Part shown: positions 22,077 through 33,150 of the stretch, one piece after another
Numbering within the stretch: the stretch's first letter is position 1
Layout: the number at the start of each line of letters is the position of its first letter
Assembly (NCBI GenBank): GCA_002633005.1
Contig: NMRA01000021.1
Location: 341,058 to 405,057, forward strand
Reading direction: 5' to 3'
Length of the DNA: 64,000 nt
Source: Phoronis australis
Taxonomy: Eukaryota > Animalia > Phoronida
Program-made: the position numbers and the translations under genes
Notes under the pieces: generated by a model
Databases searched by the model: none
Seen by the model: the letters and a program-made list of their open reading frames with translations, nothing else
What the model was told of the DNA's origin: nothing

Positions 22077-25000
22077 ATGTCGGAAGGGGATACAGGTACC
22101 GAGAACAAGGAAAATGTGACTGCAGATAAGCCTGCACCCAAGCCTAGCTCGAGGTCCAACTCTGCTAAACAGGCCACCATTGACACTGTTGAGCCACCAT
22201 TACAAGTGACTAATAATCCATCTGGGGACTTGAGGAACATGCGGCGAATCATTGCTGAAGATCCTGAGTGGTCATTGACAACTGTTCCTCTCCTTGTGGA
22301 TTTGTGTACAACGCATATAGTGACAAATTTTGCCAGTAAGTTGTTATGTAAATTTAATTTATAGGTGTACTAAGAAGAGGGACATTGAGTGGTGAATTAT
22401 CAGGGAGCAGCGTTAATAATAGACAGTTATCACCATCTCTAACCAACTAGAGACTGTGTAGTTTCATACGTCAGAAACTTTTTGGCGAATTATGCCTTAC
22501 ACCGACTAAAACATCAAAGTCACGTTGTTATAAATACCTTTTGAGCATAGAGGAACACCTTAGGACGCCCTCGATGTATTTAATTCCTTCTGAGTCAGTG
22601 AAATACTCCCATTATCAAACTTTTTCTTCGACCTATCTTTTGTTCAATTCTCTCAATCCAAAACTCGCCATTTTTAATACTACATGCTGCAGGTGGTATG
22701 ACGACATGACGTTATATCCCCTGGTGTACGCAGTGTGAAAATGGCCAGTTAGCACTTTTGGGAATTGAATGAATGAGGGTCTGCTCGAAGAAAAAGTTTG
22801 ATAACGGGAGTATTTTGTCGAGTTGGAAGGAATTAAATACCTTGTCCCTCTATGCACAAAAGGTATTTATAACAACATGACTTTGATGTTTTAATCAGTG
22901 TGAGGCATAACTCGCAAGAAAGCTACCGGCATATGAAGCTCCTATAGGAGCTACACCATCTCTAGTCAGCTAGANGACGGTGCTCACTGTCTACGTTAAT
23001 ACATGAGTATCATACATTAGACTCAGATGGGTGGGTCAGTTGCCCAAAGTGTGCCTTTTCATATTTCGTTTTACCATTTGACAATCAATAGTATTGCAGT
23101 AATTAATTCATAATGAATTATGACAAATGATTTTATTAAGTTACACTGACAAAAATTCAATATGATTCAGACTTGCAATTTTTTATTTCTTACAGATAAC
23201 TCCAAGTTGTTAAATGATCTAATCTTGAAGGACAAACAGACAGTTTTGAAACAGATCTCGACAGAATTACCACTGAAGGTCACAGCGCTACTGGTGGAGG
23301 ACGAGGGATACTGGAAGAGATGTTGTAAAGAACGCTGGAACATCTGTGACATCAGCGCCCATGGCAACAGTTGGAAACAGATGTACTTTGAGCGAAACAT
23401 GCAGCACATCGTCGAACATTTCGTGCCAGAGTCGACGGACCCAACGGAATTGAACGAGACGTTGATGCTATCCCGAAACTTTATTAAGAAACTGGATATT
23501 CGACAACTACTTCCTCCTGTCAAAGAGGCTCCCAAGGGACTAGAGCTGGACGATGATGATGCGGGTAGTGATGCTGGTGACGAGCCGGAAACGGATCACT
23601 TTGATTTTGGGCCAGTGCTTGTTAAACTGCCGCATTTAGTTGAGTTCCGAGTGTGTTTTGGTGTCAAGGACTGTGGAATGAACTTTGAATGGAATCTTTT
23701 CCAGTTCACAGCCAGGGACTGTCTGCTGTTGTCTAAATGTATAGCCGCGTGCAAAACATTACAGGTGTTCAGTCTGCACAGAAGTAAAGTGGATGACGAC
23801 AAAGTGAGAGTGTTGATTAGTCATATTCTTGACCATCCCGGACTGACTGAACTGGACTTATCTCATAACATGATCAGTGATCGCGGTGCCAGAGCCATCG
23901 GCAAGTTTCTAAATAATCACAGTAAGCTAGTGAAACTAAGCGTGGCGGATAATCAGATCAGAGCACTCGGCACTCAGGCAATTGCGCACGCGCTGACGAA
24001 AAACACGACATTGGAACACCTCGATTTGAGATTGAACCGACTTGGGGATGAAGGTGGACAGGCAATTTGTCGCGCTTTGCTCAAAAACAGCACCCTGAAA
24101 CATGTGAATCTAGGAAGTAATGATATGACGGAGCCTACAGCACTCCTTTTGTCTCGGGTTGTTGTGGAAAATGCAGTGTTAAAGACTCTGGACTTGTCTT
24201 GTAACAGACTTGGAAATGTAAGTTATCCAAGATTAATCATCAATTTTTTCTCCTTGATTGAGGTGCAGTTGTTTTGATTAATGTCATATTTTGTGCAAAT
24301 CGAGTCAACATTTACCATCTTAACAGCAGACTTATATCTTTTTCAATTCTTTGAATGACTAATAAGTACCATTTCTTGGAAATTGATGAGAAATACAGTG
24401 AAATCTTGCCAATTTTGAACAAAAAAATAATTAATTGCTCACAGTGATAGTTTTAAATTTTTCAAAGACTTTTAACATTGTTGTGAAAGCCCACAATCTT
24501 CTAAAACGTTGATTGTAGCTATGGTATGGACCTTAAATTATCTTTAATTTCATGGTGTTCTAATGAGGGGACATTTTACCATTTTATTGGAAATAGATCT
24601 TTTAATGAAGACTAATATTTGAATTTTGATTTTACCTCATGAAATGTGACACGTATTGCAAAACACAAACATATTTCTTCTCATTTCTGTTTTACTGTAG
24701 GGGATTGTCAGGTTTGTTTTTATAGTTCCCATTTTTCAAATCCTGCATTGACATTTTGCATTTATCCTGATAGGTGGTACCACTGTACTTTTCAATGGCT
24801 TCCATTCCCTTAGACTTTTTAAAATATTGATTTTATTGCAAACGTGAACCATCTTAGGGGCTCATACAAGAGGGAACAGCATATTTCTTTCAAAGTAGGA
24901 GTTTGAAGGTGGGGGATGGAATCCTTTTTTAAAATCATACTTTTTAAAATATTGATTTTATTGCAAACGTGAACCATCTTAGGGGCTCATANGCCAATTT

Positions 25001-27621
25001 TGAACAAAAAATAATTAATTGCTCATAGTGATAGTTTTAAATTTTTCAAAGACTTTTAACATTGTTGTGAAAGCCCACAATCTTCTAAAACGTTGATTGT
25101 AGCTATGGTATGGACCTTAAATTATCTTTAATTTCATGGTGTTCTAATGAGGGGACATTTTACCATTTTATTGGAAATAGATCTTTTAATGAAGACTAAT
25201 ATTTGAATTTTGATTTTACCTCATGAAATGTGACACGTATTGCAAAACACAAACGTATTTCTTCTCATTTCTGTTTTACTGTAGGGGATTGTCAGGTTTG
25301 TTTTTATAGTTCCCCTTGCTATTCTTTCATCCATTTTTCAAATCCTGCATTGACATTTTGCATTTATCCTGATAGGTGGTACCACTGTACTTTACAATGG
25401 CTTCCATTCCCATAGACTTTTTAAAATGTTGATTTTATTGCAAACGTGAACCATCTTAGGGGCTCATACAAGAGGGAACAGCATATTTCTTTCAAAGTAG
25501 GAGTTTGAAGATGGGGGATGGAATCCTTTTTTAAAATCATGCAGACATTATTAAAGTGATAACTTTTTTGAAATGTGCATGTTCTCTTAAAATTTTGATA
25601 CGTACTAAAACATCATTTGTATTTTTTCACCAATCAATCCAATGCTATTTGCTGAAGAAAAATGCAGTATAGAGTACATGTATTTGACAATTACTGTTGA
25701 AAATCCCATGGCTGCATTTGAGGCAAACCAAATAATATATAAATGTACCCAACCCTCTGGTTTTATTTGTCTCCATCTTCACCTCATTAACAGTTTACTG
25801 TAAGGTGTGACATTTCCTTACTTAAAATAGGCTCTTTTAACAAACTTTGTCAATTGTCGGGGGAAGGCTAAGATACATTGGAAACAATTTTGGTTTTAGA
25901 TTTCATGTTAGTGAAACTTATTAGCAGTTGGCCATAATGTAGCTAATTGGATTCGTCACATGAAAGACTTCTCATTTATTTCAAACCCCTCTGGGACCGG
26001 TAATTTTAACGTCTACTGATTGTCTTGTAGCTGTCGTTGGACCTTTAAAATTTCCATACAAAGGGGTTTCCAAAGTGATGTATGGTTCCCTTATGGTTAA
26101 TTGATACCCACCACATTGGTCTGTGTCTTAAGTTGGTATTGATGTCAGTCATTCAACATACCTGTAATTGATGTCAGTCATTCAACATACCTGTAAAGTT
26201 GACAGTGACACCACTGGTGTGTTTATTCTTTTAAGTGATGGATGATAATTAGTGGCTGTGTGTTTGCTTAGTATGTTAGTTTATAAGCTCTGTTTGTCGA
26301 CTTCAGTCAACTAATTATGGTTGCCTTTTGCTTTGAAATTTGACCGCTCGCTATGAAGTGGGCAATGAAAATGCCAGTTTGTCATCAAAAGGCAAAAAAT
26401 TTGTTGGTGTGTCTCTCAAATTATCCGCAACAATGTAAGTGAATAGTACATAAATAAACTTTTTGGGAAGCAAAATGGCAATAGCATGAATGATCGCCCA
26501 AACTGTAGTCAAGGCTTTAACGAGGAATGTTTAGTTCCTATTTGAAGACTGTCTTGGTCAAATTGGGATATTTTACATACTCTGCTAAAGGGTACTACGA
26601 GTCTTTTTCATCAAAATTTTTCAAAAATGATTCCGCCTTTCAATTATATGCCATATAAAATTATTTTTGAAAATGACAAAATCTTTGGAATGATTTTGAT
26701 GTTTTGGATGGCGTGGAATACTGCCCAGATACTGATGAAATCATATGTCATAATGTTCAAAACATCAAGATCAAAACAGAAGTCCTGCTCAGGATTAAAG
26801 TATGATTCTTCAACCTTGAGTGAGTTGATAAAATTCCTATTTGCCAAATGTTTCCTTCATTGTTCTGTCGCGGATCTACAAATCTACAAATTTACTCCAG
26901 ACATGAACAAAAACAATTGTAGCCATTAGTGAGATAGTGGTCACCCAACATTTTAAATTTGCCAGTGTCCCTTGTCACGAAACAATGACAGAAAGAAGAT
27001 ACAGAGGTCTCCCTGCAGTTCCATCTCTGATGTTGCAAGTGCTCAGTTGTACTTTAATGAAGTATAATTTATTATATTATTTGTTATTTACTTTTGTTTA
27101 CAAATTTGACAACTACTAGTTCAGTTTTTACTGCCATATTTTGCACTACTCTTACTAGTACTGTACTTAATGTCATATTATGTCATCAAAGTCTAGGGCC
27201 CTGTTTCTTGAAAAATCTATAGCCAAAATTGAATTTTTGTCTTTTTTCTTGGTCTTTTAGTGTGTTCCTGAGCAGGCTACATATTTCTATCTTTTGGCTT
27301 AGGCCTTTAGCCCTAGCCAGAATTCCTGAAACAGAGTAAGCTATCCCTAAACTGATTTTTAGCCGAAAGACAATAGACTTTTTGATAAACAAGCCCAATT
27401 AGTTTTACAAGCTGACTTGACTAAGTTTTGTTTCTTTCTGTTGTTAGGACGGAGGAAAACAGTTGCAGGAAGGGATGGACAAGAACACGACACTGACTGT
27501 GATGGACCTGAGGCTGACCGAGTGTGGCCAGGAGTCAGAGTATTGCATCAACCAGATATTACACAAGAATATTGAGAAGGAAAGGGCAGAAAAAATGAAC
27601 AAGGTCAACCAGACTAAATAG
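22077..27621 (+). CDS. TCTE1: Dynein regulatory complex subunit 5 / T-complex-associated testis-expressed protein 1 (leucine-rich repeat protein), 484 aa
   Basis: Exons 22077-22335 (phase 1, A|gtaag), 23196-24217 (phase 0, AAT|gtaag) and 27448-27621 (TAG). Motifs MRRIIAEDPEWSL..VPLL, YWKRCC..RW..CDIS.HGNSWKQMYFER, GVKDCGMNFEWNLFQFT, RNI-type LRRs (LTELDLSHNMISDRGARAIGK, LDLRLNRLGDEGGQ) and DGGKQLQEGM..N.TL..MDLRLTECGQESEY match TCTE1/DRC5. AATAAA at about 27962. Confidence 0.95.
22420..22993. mobile_element. Long palindromic (foldback) MITE, copy 2, in a TCTE1 intron
   Basis: TAGACAG...CTGTCTA termini, arms pairing over most of the length, flanked by a CGTTAATA duplication (22411-22418 and 22994-23001). 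Contains an N at 22975. Confidence 0.85.
24408..25540. repeat. About 540-bp tandem duplication split by a single N (likely allelic/assembly duplication)
   Basis: 24408-24938 and 24993-25540 are nearly identical (few SNPs, one indel of about 20 bp); N at 24992. Confidence 0.85.
26138..26195. repeat. 29-bp direct duplication
   Basis: ATTGATGTCAGTCATTCAACATACCTGTA x2. Confidence 0.9.
27196..27396. mobile_element. Short MITE (PIF/Harbinger-like GGGC termini)
   Basis: GGGCCCTGTTTCTTGAAAAATCTAT versus the reverse complement of ATAGACTTTTTGATAAACAAGCCC. Confidence 0.5.
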
Positions 27622-29002
27622 ACTATAGGCTCCCTTTGAAGAAATGCTTAATTGTGTTAGGGTAAATCACCACTGAGGTTCTTAAAATAAGCTGTCTGGA
27701 ATGTCAAGAAAAAATGCTTCATTTTGAATTGCCCCAGTCCATTTTTTACTGTCCTTTTAGAATTCTCGTGGATTTCTAAACAAGAATGAGAGTGATGAGT
27801 ATTTAGCAATGTATAACAACAATTGTGAGCCAAAAGAATATTGAATTTGTACTTTGTTTTGGTATTTAAACAAAATTTAGCTTCAAAAGGCTATTTGTGT
27901 ATAAACTATGATTTTGATTGTATATAATTGTTATTGAATGTATATTTAGTGAGATATGGAGAATAAAATTTATTTTATTGGTAATTTATACTTAATTCTT
28001 GCATTCTTGTAAAAGAACCTTTTATGAAAGGCAAATTTTGAACTACCCTCTTGCAAAAACATCATGGTAATAGAATTTGATTAAACTTTCCAGCAGCACT
28101 GTAGAAAAACATGAGCGATAATTAGTGTCCCTTCCTAGTTATCTCTTCCTGGTGATAGGTATGTGCATGTATCTATATTCAATTAGTGACTTAAGCAGCA
28201 GTTGGGTTTGTAAGAATGGTGGAACATGAACACTACAAAATGACAATCAATTGATGTCCCTTGGGAAATTTATAAATTCTTAATTGTTTAAACAGGGCAG
28301 CTTGGTTGTCAGCAAAATCCAGTCCTTACTCAGGAAGAGTTGGTCGATGACGAAAATCCAGGTCAGGTGGTCAGCTGAGGTGTGGTGTCAATTAGTTTGC
28401 GACCGTTTGCTTTACTAACAGACTGTTGATAAGTTTTTAACGTGAAGAATAAGACAAAACCAAAACGAAATTAATGGAGAAAATTGTTATGCTTGCGGCT
28501 GCAGAAATCTTTGACTGCTCTTGTTTGTACCACGCAACTTGACTGGTGCTTGATAAAAACTTTATTTGTGCAAAATCGAGAGAATATTATTGTAGCTCTC
28601 CGGTGTAAGAGTGACAACCTGTCAAGTAATTCCTCAAGACAAGTAACAGCCATTTTTATCCCTTGCGCTGTAGAAGACCATGAGAGATTAATATGATAGG
28701 TTTTTGATAGTGCAAGACAGCTTATCTTCTATATTTAAAACAAATCATGTCAATGTTAATTACAATTCACATGTTATCGATCGTACCGGGTTTTTCCCAG
28801 AATGATCTCAGGAGATTATTGTTTTGTTGGCGAAAGGCCACTAAAGTGCACGGCGAAAAATAATTTATGCAACACAGAGATCCTCAAGTAATACCGGAAG
28901 AGATTCATAGAATACAATATCTTTAAACCTATTTAGAAATAAACACTTTACAGTGAATACCATGATTAAATCAAGGTCATTGCTGCAAGTAGACTTCCAA
29001 GT

Positions 29003-29314
29003 ATAAAAAGTGGCGTCAATCACAAAATCAACTGATTTAGATAATTTAGTTGGCCTCGAATCGTTTCTTGATGAAACTGGAAGTGATTTCAGCCCCACCT
29101 GAAGAACTGCCTGTTCGTTGTTGCTTAAAAAGTTTGACTCGTCACGGCGTGTCATTTTATGCGCCGAGCGTAGTTTCGATGAATAATGCACACCAGGACA
29201 GTAGTTCTCATATACGTGTAAGTAAGGAACAAGTTGAGACCAATTTTCATACAGCAAGTGTTCTAGATCAAAAGCTGAGTTCTTGGACGGGTCGCGGGTT
29301 TATGGCCGCTTTAA
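29003..29314 (+). mobile_element. Kolobok-like palindromic MITE family A, copy
   Basis: Core GTCACGGCGTGTCATTTTATGCG..AGTAAGGAACAAGTTGAGACCAATTTT shared with copies at 37069, 40930 and 56372; right end CGCT-TTAA. Confidence 0.7.
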
Positions 29315-31347
29315 AGTCAGCAGTTGTTTTGATTAACTAGTACGGCTTTATAATCCAAAAACTAAGACTAAAGAAATTTGGGTGAACGGTGATTCAGAAG
29401 CAAAATAACAAAGTTAAAATTGCCATAACAGCGGTCAATATTATTGTTTACAGAGTTGATTTACTCTGTGTGTCTGCGTGCACTCTACTGTTGAAAGGTC
29501 TGCGGCAGAAAACATTAAATTTTGAGGGACTATGAAAATAAAAAATATAAAACTTCGTGTTCATTCTAACGAAAAAAATATACATTTATTATGTATTTAA
29601 ATGGGATTCATTTACTTTTGTTACAAGATCCATCATTATGAACTCGCCATCTATCAAGAAAAGTAACTTTTGATTCAGACTAATTAAAGCGGCATTTCGC
29701 CGCTGTTTAGGCGTCAATGTTGAATTCGTAACCGAAGCGCTTTGGGATTTAAAAACATTACCACGCTCATCGGATCTTGAATTGTTGTCGAATGCGTCAA
29801 AAACTCAAACCACAGATAATGCCTACGGGCGCCATATTCAAATCGACAATGTTAGACAAGTTACGATTCTTCGGATCGCTACAACTTAGTTTTGTAATTC
29901 GCCATGTATCAGTAACACAATTTGAGCCGCAGAGCAATACAATATTTTAAGGTCTGCGTAGACTAAACGATTTCCTATCCTGAGGTCTGGCCTTCACACA
30001 ACACGGAGATTCCGTGCGAGCATGGAAGACAGCGCCGATTTTGGATGCTAATATGGAAGAATGTTTCCGTGCACTTAAATGTCTTTCGTGTTTCCCCTAA
30101 TATATTCTTTTGATACGCAAAAAATGAATGTGATAGGAAACGATATCCACAAAATTCGATTCAATGGGCGCACAAGTTAACAAATGTATGAACACGTACT
30201 CATACTAATACAAGTCTTGCAACTCGCTTACTCAATGAAGGAAAACATTCAAAGTGGTGAAAATCATACCTGTCTCAAGTGATATAATCTGGAAAGAAAT
30301 TTCTTTTAATCAAATGCATCTTGTTACAAGTTGACATTGGTTTTTTTCTTAAATCTGGCGAAAATTGTTGCAATCTGAGACTAGTGCTTATGGAGCGGAC
30401 TACTAGACATAATTTCATGACGGTTTTACAATTTCCAACCCTCGCCGTCTTGCTTAAAGCCTACGAGGAAACGACTGACTTCCAATCAAGTCATTGCAAA
30501 ATTAATTGTCATTTTAACCACAAAGTCATTCAATCAACGCAACTTAACGAAGTGAAAACGGTGTCAAACAGCCAAAGCGATATGACTCACGTGAAACAAA
30601 TTATTTTGCCGACAATTCAATAACTCATTGGCATAGCTAATGCAATAAAAGATTTTTCGATCGCTAGGTCGATTAGGTTATCTGTTCCATTTAGTCCGTG
30701 AAATTTCAGACTGTAATAGCAATTCCCTGTAATTTAACGAGTGGCATTTTGAATTTACATTGCTTTAGAATTTGGAGAAAAAATAAACAATGAACGTTAA
30801 CATTTGCGAATATAGTACACGTCGATTGAAAATGGTTTACTAAAATGACATTCCCGACGAAATTGTGAAAACACTAATAAACATCCATACACCACTTGCA
30901 CAAGACGTCAAAGATGTCGGTTTTTGTCTAGCCAAGCAGATTTTTGATTTTGAAACATTAACACTTTTATCTATGGTCAAGAATTGTCGACCACGTGATT
31001 TTAGTTTTACGTCAAGGCTGCTTGTATTTTCAAGTGACGGTCACGATTTGCAGTTTGGCGGCAATGACACAATTGATCTAACTGAAGCACATATTTGGTA
31101 ACTGGAGAGAAACTCACTGATTGTGATCATGAACAAATGTCTCTGAAACATGAAAGCTATAATGTATGTAGGCTATGAGGTCATTTGCCACGACTAGATA
31201 ACCACGTATGGAATAATTTTGCGTTCACCAAACTGAAAGATTGCAGTTAACTCTGATGCATTTCACAGTCGAAGACGCCGCAACAAAAGCGCAAACATAC
31301 GAGTTAATCATTTCGGAGACTCTGTTTCCCAAAGGACTTGATTTTAA

Positions 31348-33150
31348 TCATAGCCGTGTTTCGATGTTTTGAATCGTTGTCGTTGGATTGTCTTCACCAC
31401 CAGAGGTCTCTAGAGTGCATTCTGTCCTGCCGTCTGATGTAATATACACCGAGTGCGGACGAGGCGTGACACAATAAAAAGCTCCATGAGCAACATTGAC
31501 GTAACAACCGTTTTTGTTAGAATTTCTTGCATTTTCAGTCGCCGAATCAACACCAGTACACCGTGGGTAATGTGAAGAATCGCACTGACGAACTGATGAC
31601 GTAGTCGTACTCCTTGGAATATCCGATTGAATGTTGTCTGACATGTCTAAGAGTTCCTGGCAGTCTTCCTCTGCGTTTCTGCGGCGCACAGGCGGCAACC
31701 TTCCAAAATTTATCATGGAGGACGGACTTCCTATATCCGCTCTCATGTCTAAAGCGACGTCATAGGGAGGGGGTTGCTCCACGGATGGTGAATCCTCTGA
31801 GCGAATTCCTTCCGGTGATTGAAGAGCTGTAGACCCGAGAGTTGATATACTGCTTTGTGACCTCCTTGGAGGAATTAGAACACCGTTTTTTAATCTCACC
31901 TTTTGCCTTTTCTTTCTACCATTTCGCCTGGACAGATCTGTAAATTCTTGAGCAAACAAATCGGGCTCCGATTTAGCGGAAACAAACCGAGACCCCAAGA
32001 GACGTGGAACAAAGTTCCTGATATCCTTGGGTTTACCGGAAGTGGCGCCGTTATTGATACTTCCGTAAGATGGGTAATACAATCCAGACGCACTTGATTT
32101 CATTGGTGACAGCGTCGGTGTTATATTCCCGTTTGCATCGCTGGTCCATCTAGGAGGATTAGTTGCACACTCCATTAAAATCGCCTCAGAATAACTAGGA
32201 ACGATTCCATTGTTATTAATTATGTTGAACTCTAATTCTGAACTTCCCATTGTGTTGACGCGGGGGATTGCTGAAGTAATTTCTGATATGTAATTTAATC
32301 CAAATACTTTGTGAACGACGTAATCCACGGCAGCTGTCTTATACTCTACCATAACACGTATTGGCCAGGACAACAGTAGAAATGAACAAATCCAAAACGC
32401 AGCCTGTGTTACGTACCACGGAGGACGGTCAGTGTCCGAAAAAGCAACAAGAAAATCTTTGAAATCACAATGGCCAAGTTCTAACCCCTCAAAGCTTTGC
32501 ATAAAATCGTCTCTCCTGTCATTTTCTTGAAAAAAGGCAAACCTCTGATCTTCGAATTCGCGTTCAGCGTCCACACAGGCAAAAGAAAATCCCTTGGTGA
32601 ACTTAATTTTTATGATTGGATGCTCCTCAAGACCTTTCAAGTTTTTTGAAATATCTTTCACCCCACTGTATTGATAATTAAAGGCGGACGTACTCGAATG
32701 TGTGTTTACGCGTTCGTAATACACCTGGATTGAGGTAAATGCGTCGCCGTCTCTGTACCGCGTAATCTGACGCGTTCGCCGTACGTAATGGTAACACTCG
32801 GCTCTCCACCATATCACAGGTTTTGCCTGGCGAAGCAAACGAATTCTTTCGTAAACAGACTCGACGTCAGTTTTGTACCGCAATGCAACTCTAGTACTGC
32901 AGTGCCAGCACTCGACAAGATAAACCAAATAAAGCAAAATTACGAAGGCGGACGGTATATACACGTAACCATCATCGCATGGGCTCGTTTCCGTTGAGTC
33001 TTGGTCTTTGTGTCTGTACCTGTGGATGGCGCTAAGCCTACACCACCCAATGGCGGCCATGCAACCGACAATCATCAACGTGAGGAGGAAACATTTCCAG
33101 TGAGGAGCTTTTCGCAGAGACGTGCACAAACTTGATTGAAACGGTCTTTG
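31348..33150 (-). CDS. TMEM151B: Transmembrane protein 151 (TMEM151A/B family), main coding exon, 600 aa
   Basis: Acceptor ttctttttag precedes phase-0 QRPFQSSLCTSLRKAPHWKCFLLTL. Family motifs SPCDDGYVYIP, YLVYLVECWHC, WWRAECYHYVRRTRQITRYRDGDA..QVYYERVNTH, FW..S.LLLSWP.R, VPSYSEA. The TTG start at 33129 in the ORF track is not the real start. An invertebrate gene would be co-orthologous to vertebrate TMEM151A and TMEM151B. Confidence 0.93.
   Translation of the reverse strand, partial: QRPFQSSLCTSLRKAPHWKCFLLTLMIVGCMAAIGWCRLSAIHRYRHKDQDSTETSPCDDGYVYIPSAFVILLYLVYLVECWHCSTRVALRYKTDVESVYERIRLLRQAKPVIWWRAECYHYVRRTRQITRYRDGDAFTSIQVYYERVNTHSSTSAFNYQYSGVKDISKNLKGLEEHPIIKIKFTKGFSFACVDAEREFEDQRFAFFQENDRRDDFMQSFEGLELGHCDFKDFLVAFSDTDRPPWYVTQAAFWICSFLLLSWPIRVMVEYKTAAVDYVVHKVFGLNYISEITSAIPRVNTMGSSELEFNIINNNGIVPSYSEAILMECATNPPRWTSDANGNITPTLSPMKSSASGLYYPSYGSINNGATSGKPKDIRNFVPRLLGSRFVSAKSEPDLFAQEFTDLSRRNGRKKRQKVRLKNGVLIPPRRSQSSISTLGSTALQSPEGIRSEDSPSVEQPPPYDVALDMRADIGSPSSMINFGRLPPVRRRNAEEDCQELLDMSDNIQSDIPRSTTTSSVRQCDSSHYPRCTGVDSATENARNSNKNGCYVNVAHGAFYCVTPRPHSVYITSDGRTECTLETSGGEDNPTTTIQNIETRL

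Noticed and set aside
23162-24277. 371-aa ORF as a standalone single-exon LRR gene
   Set aside because: It is the middle exon of TCTE1; both ends are intron read-through.
33127-33129. TTG start for TMEM151
   Set aside because: A splice acceptor at 33151 and the conserved QRP motif show this is an internal exon.
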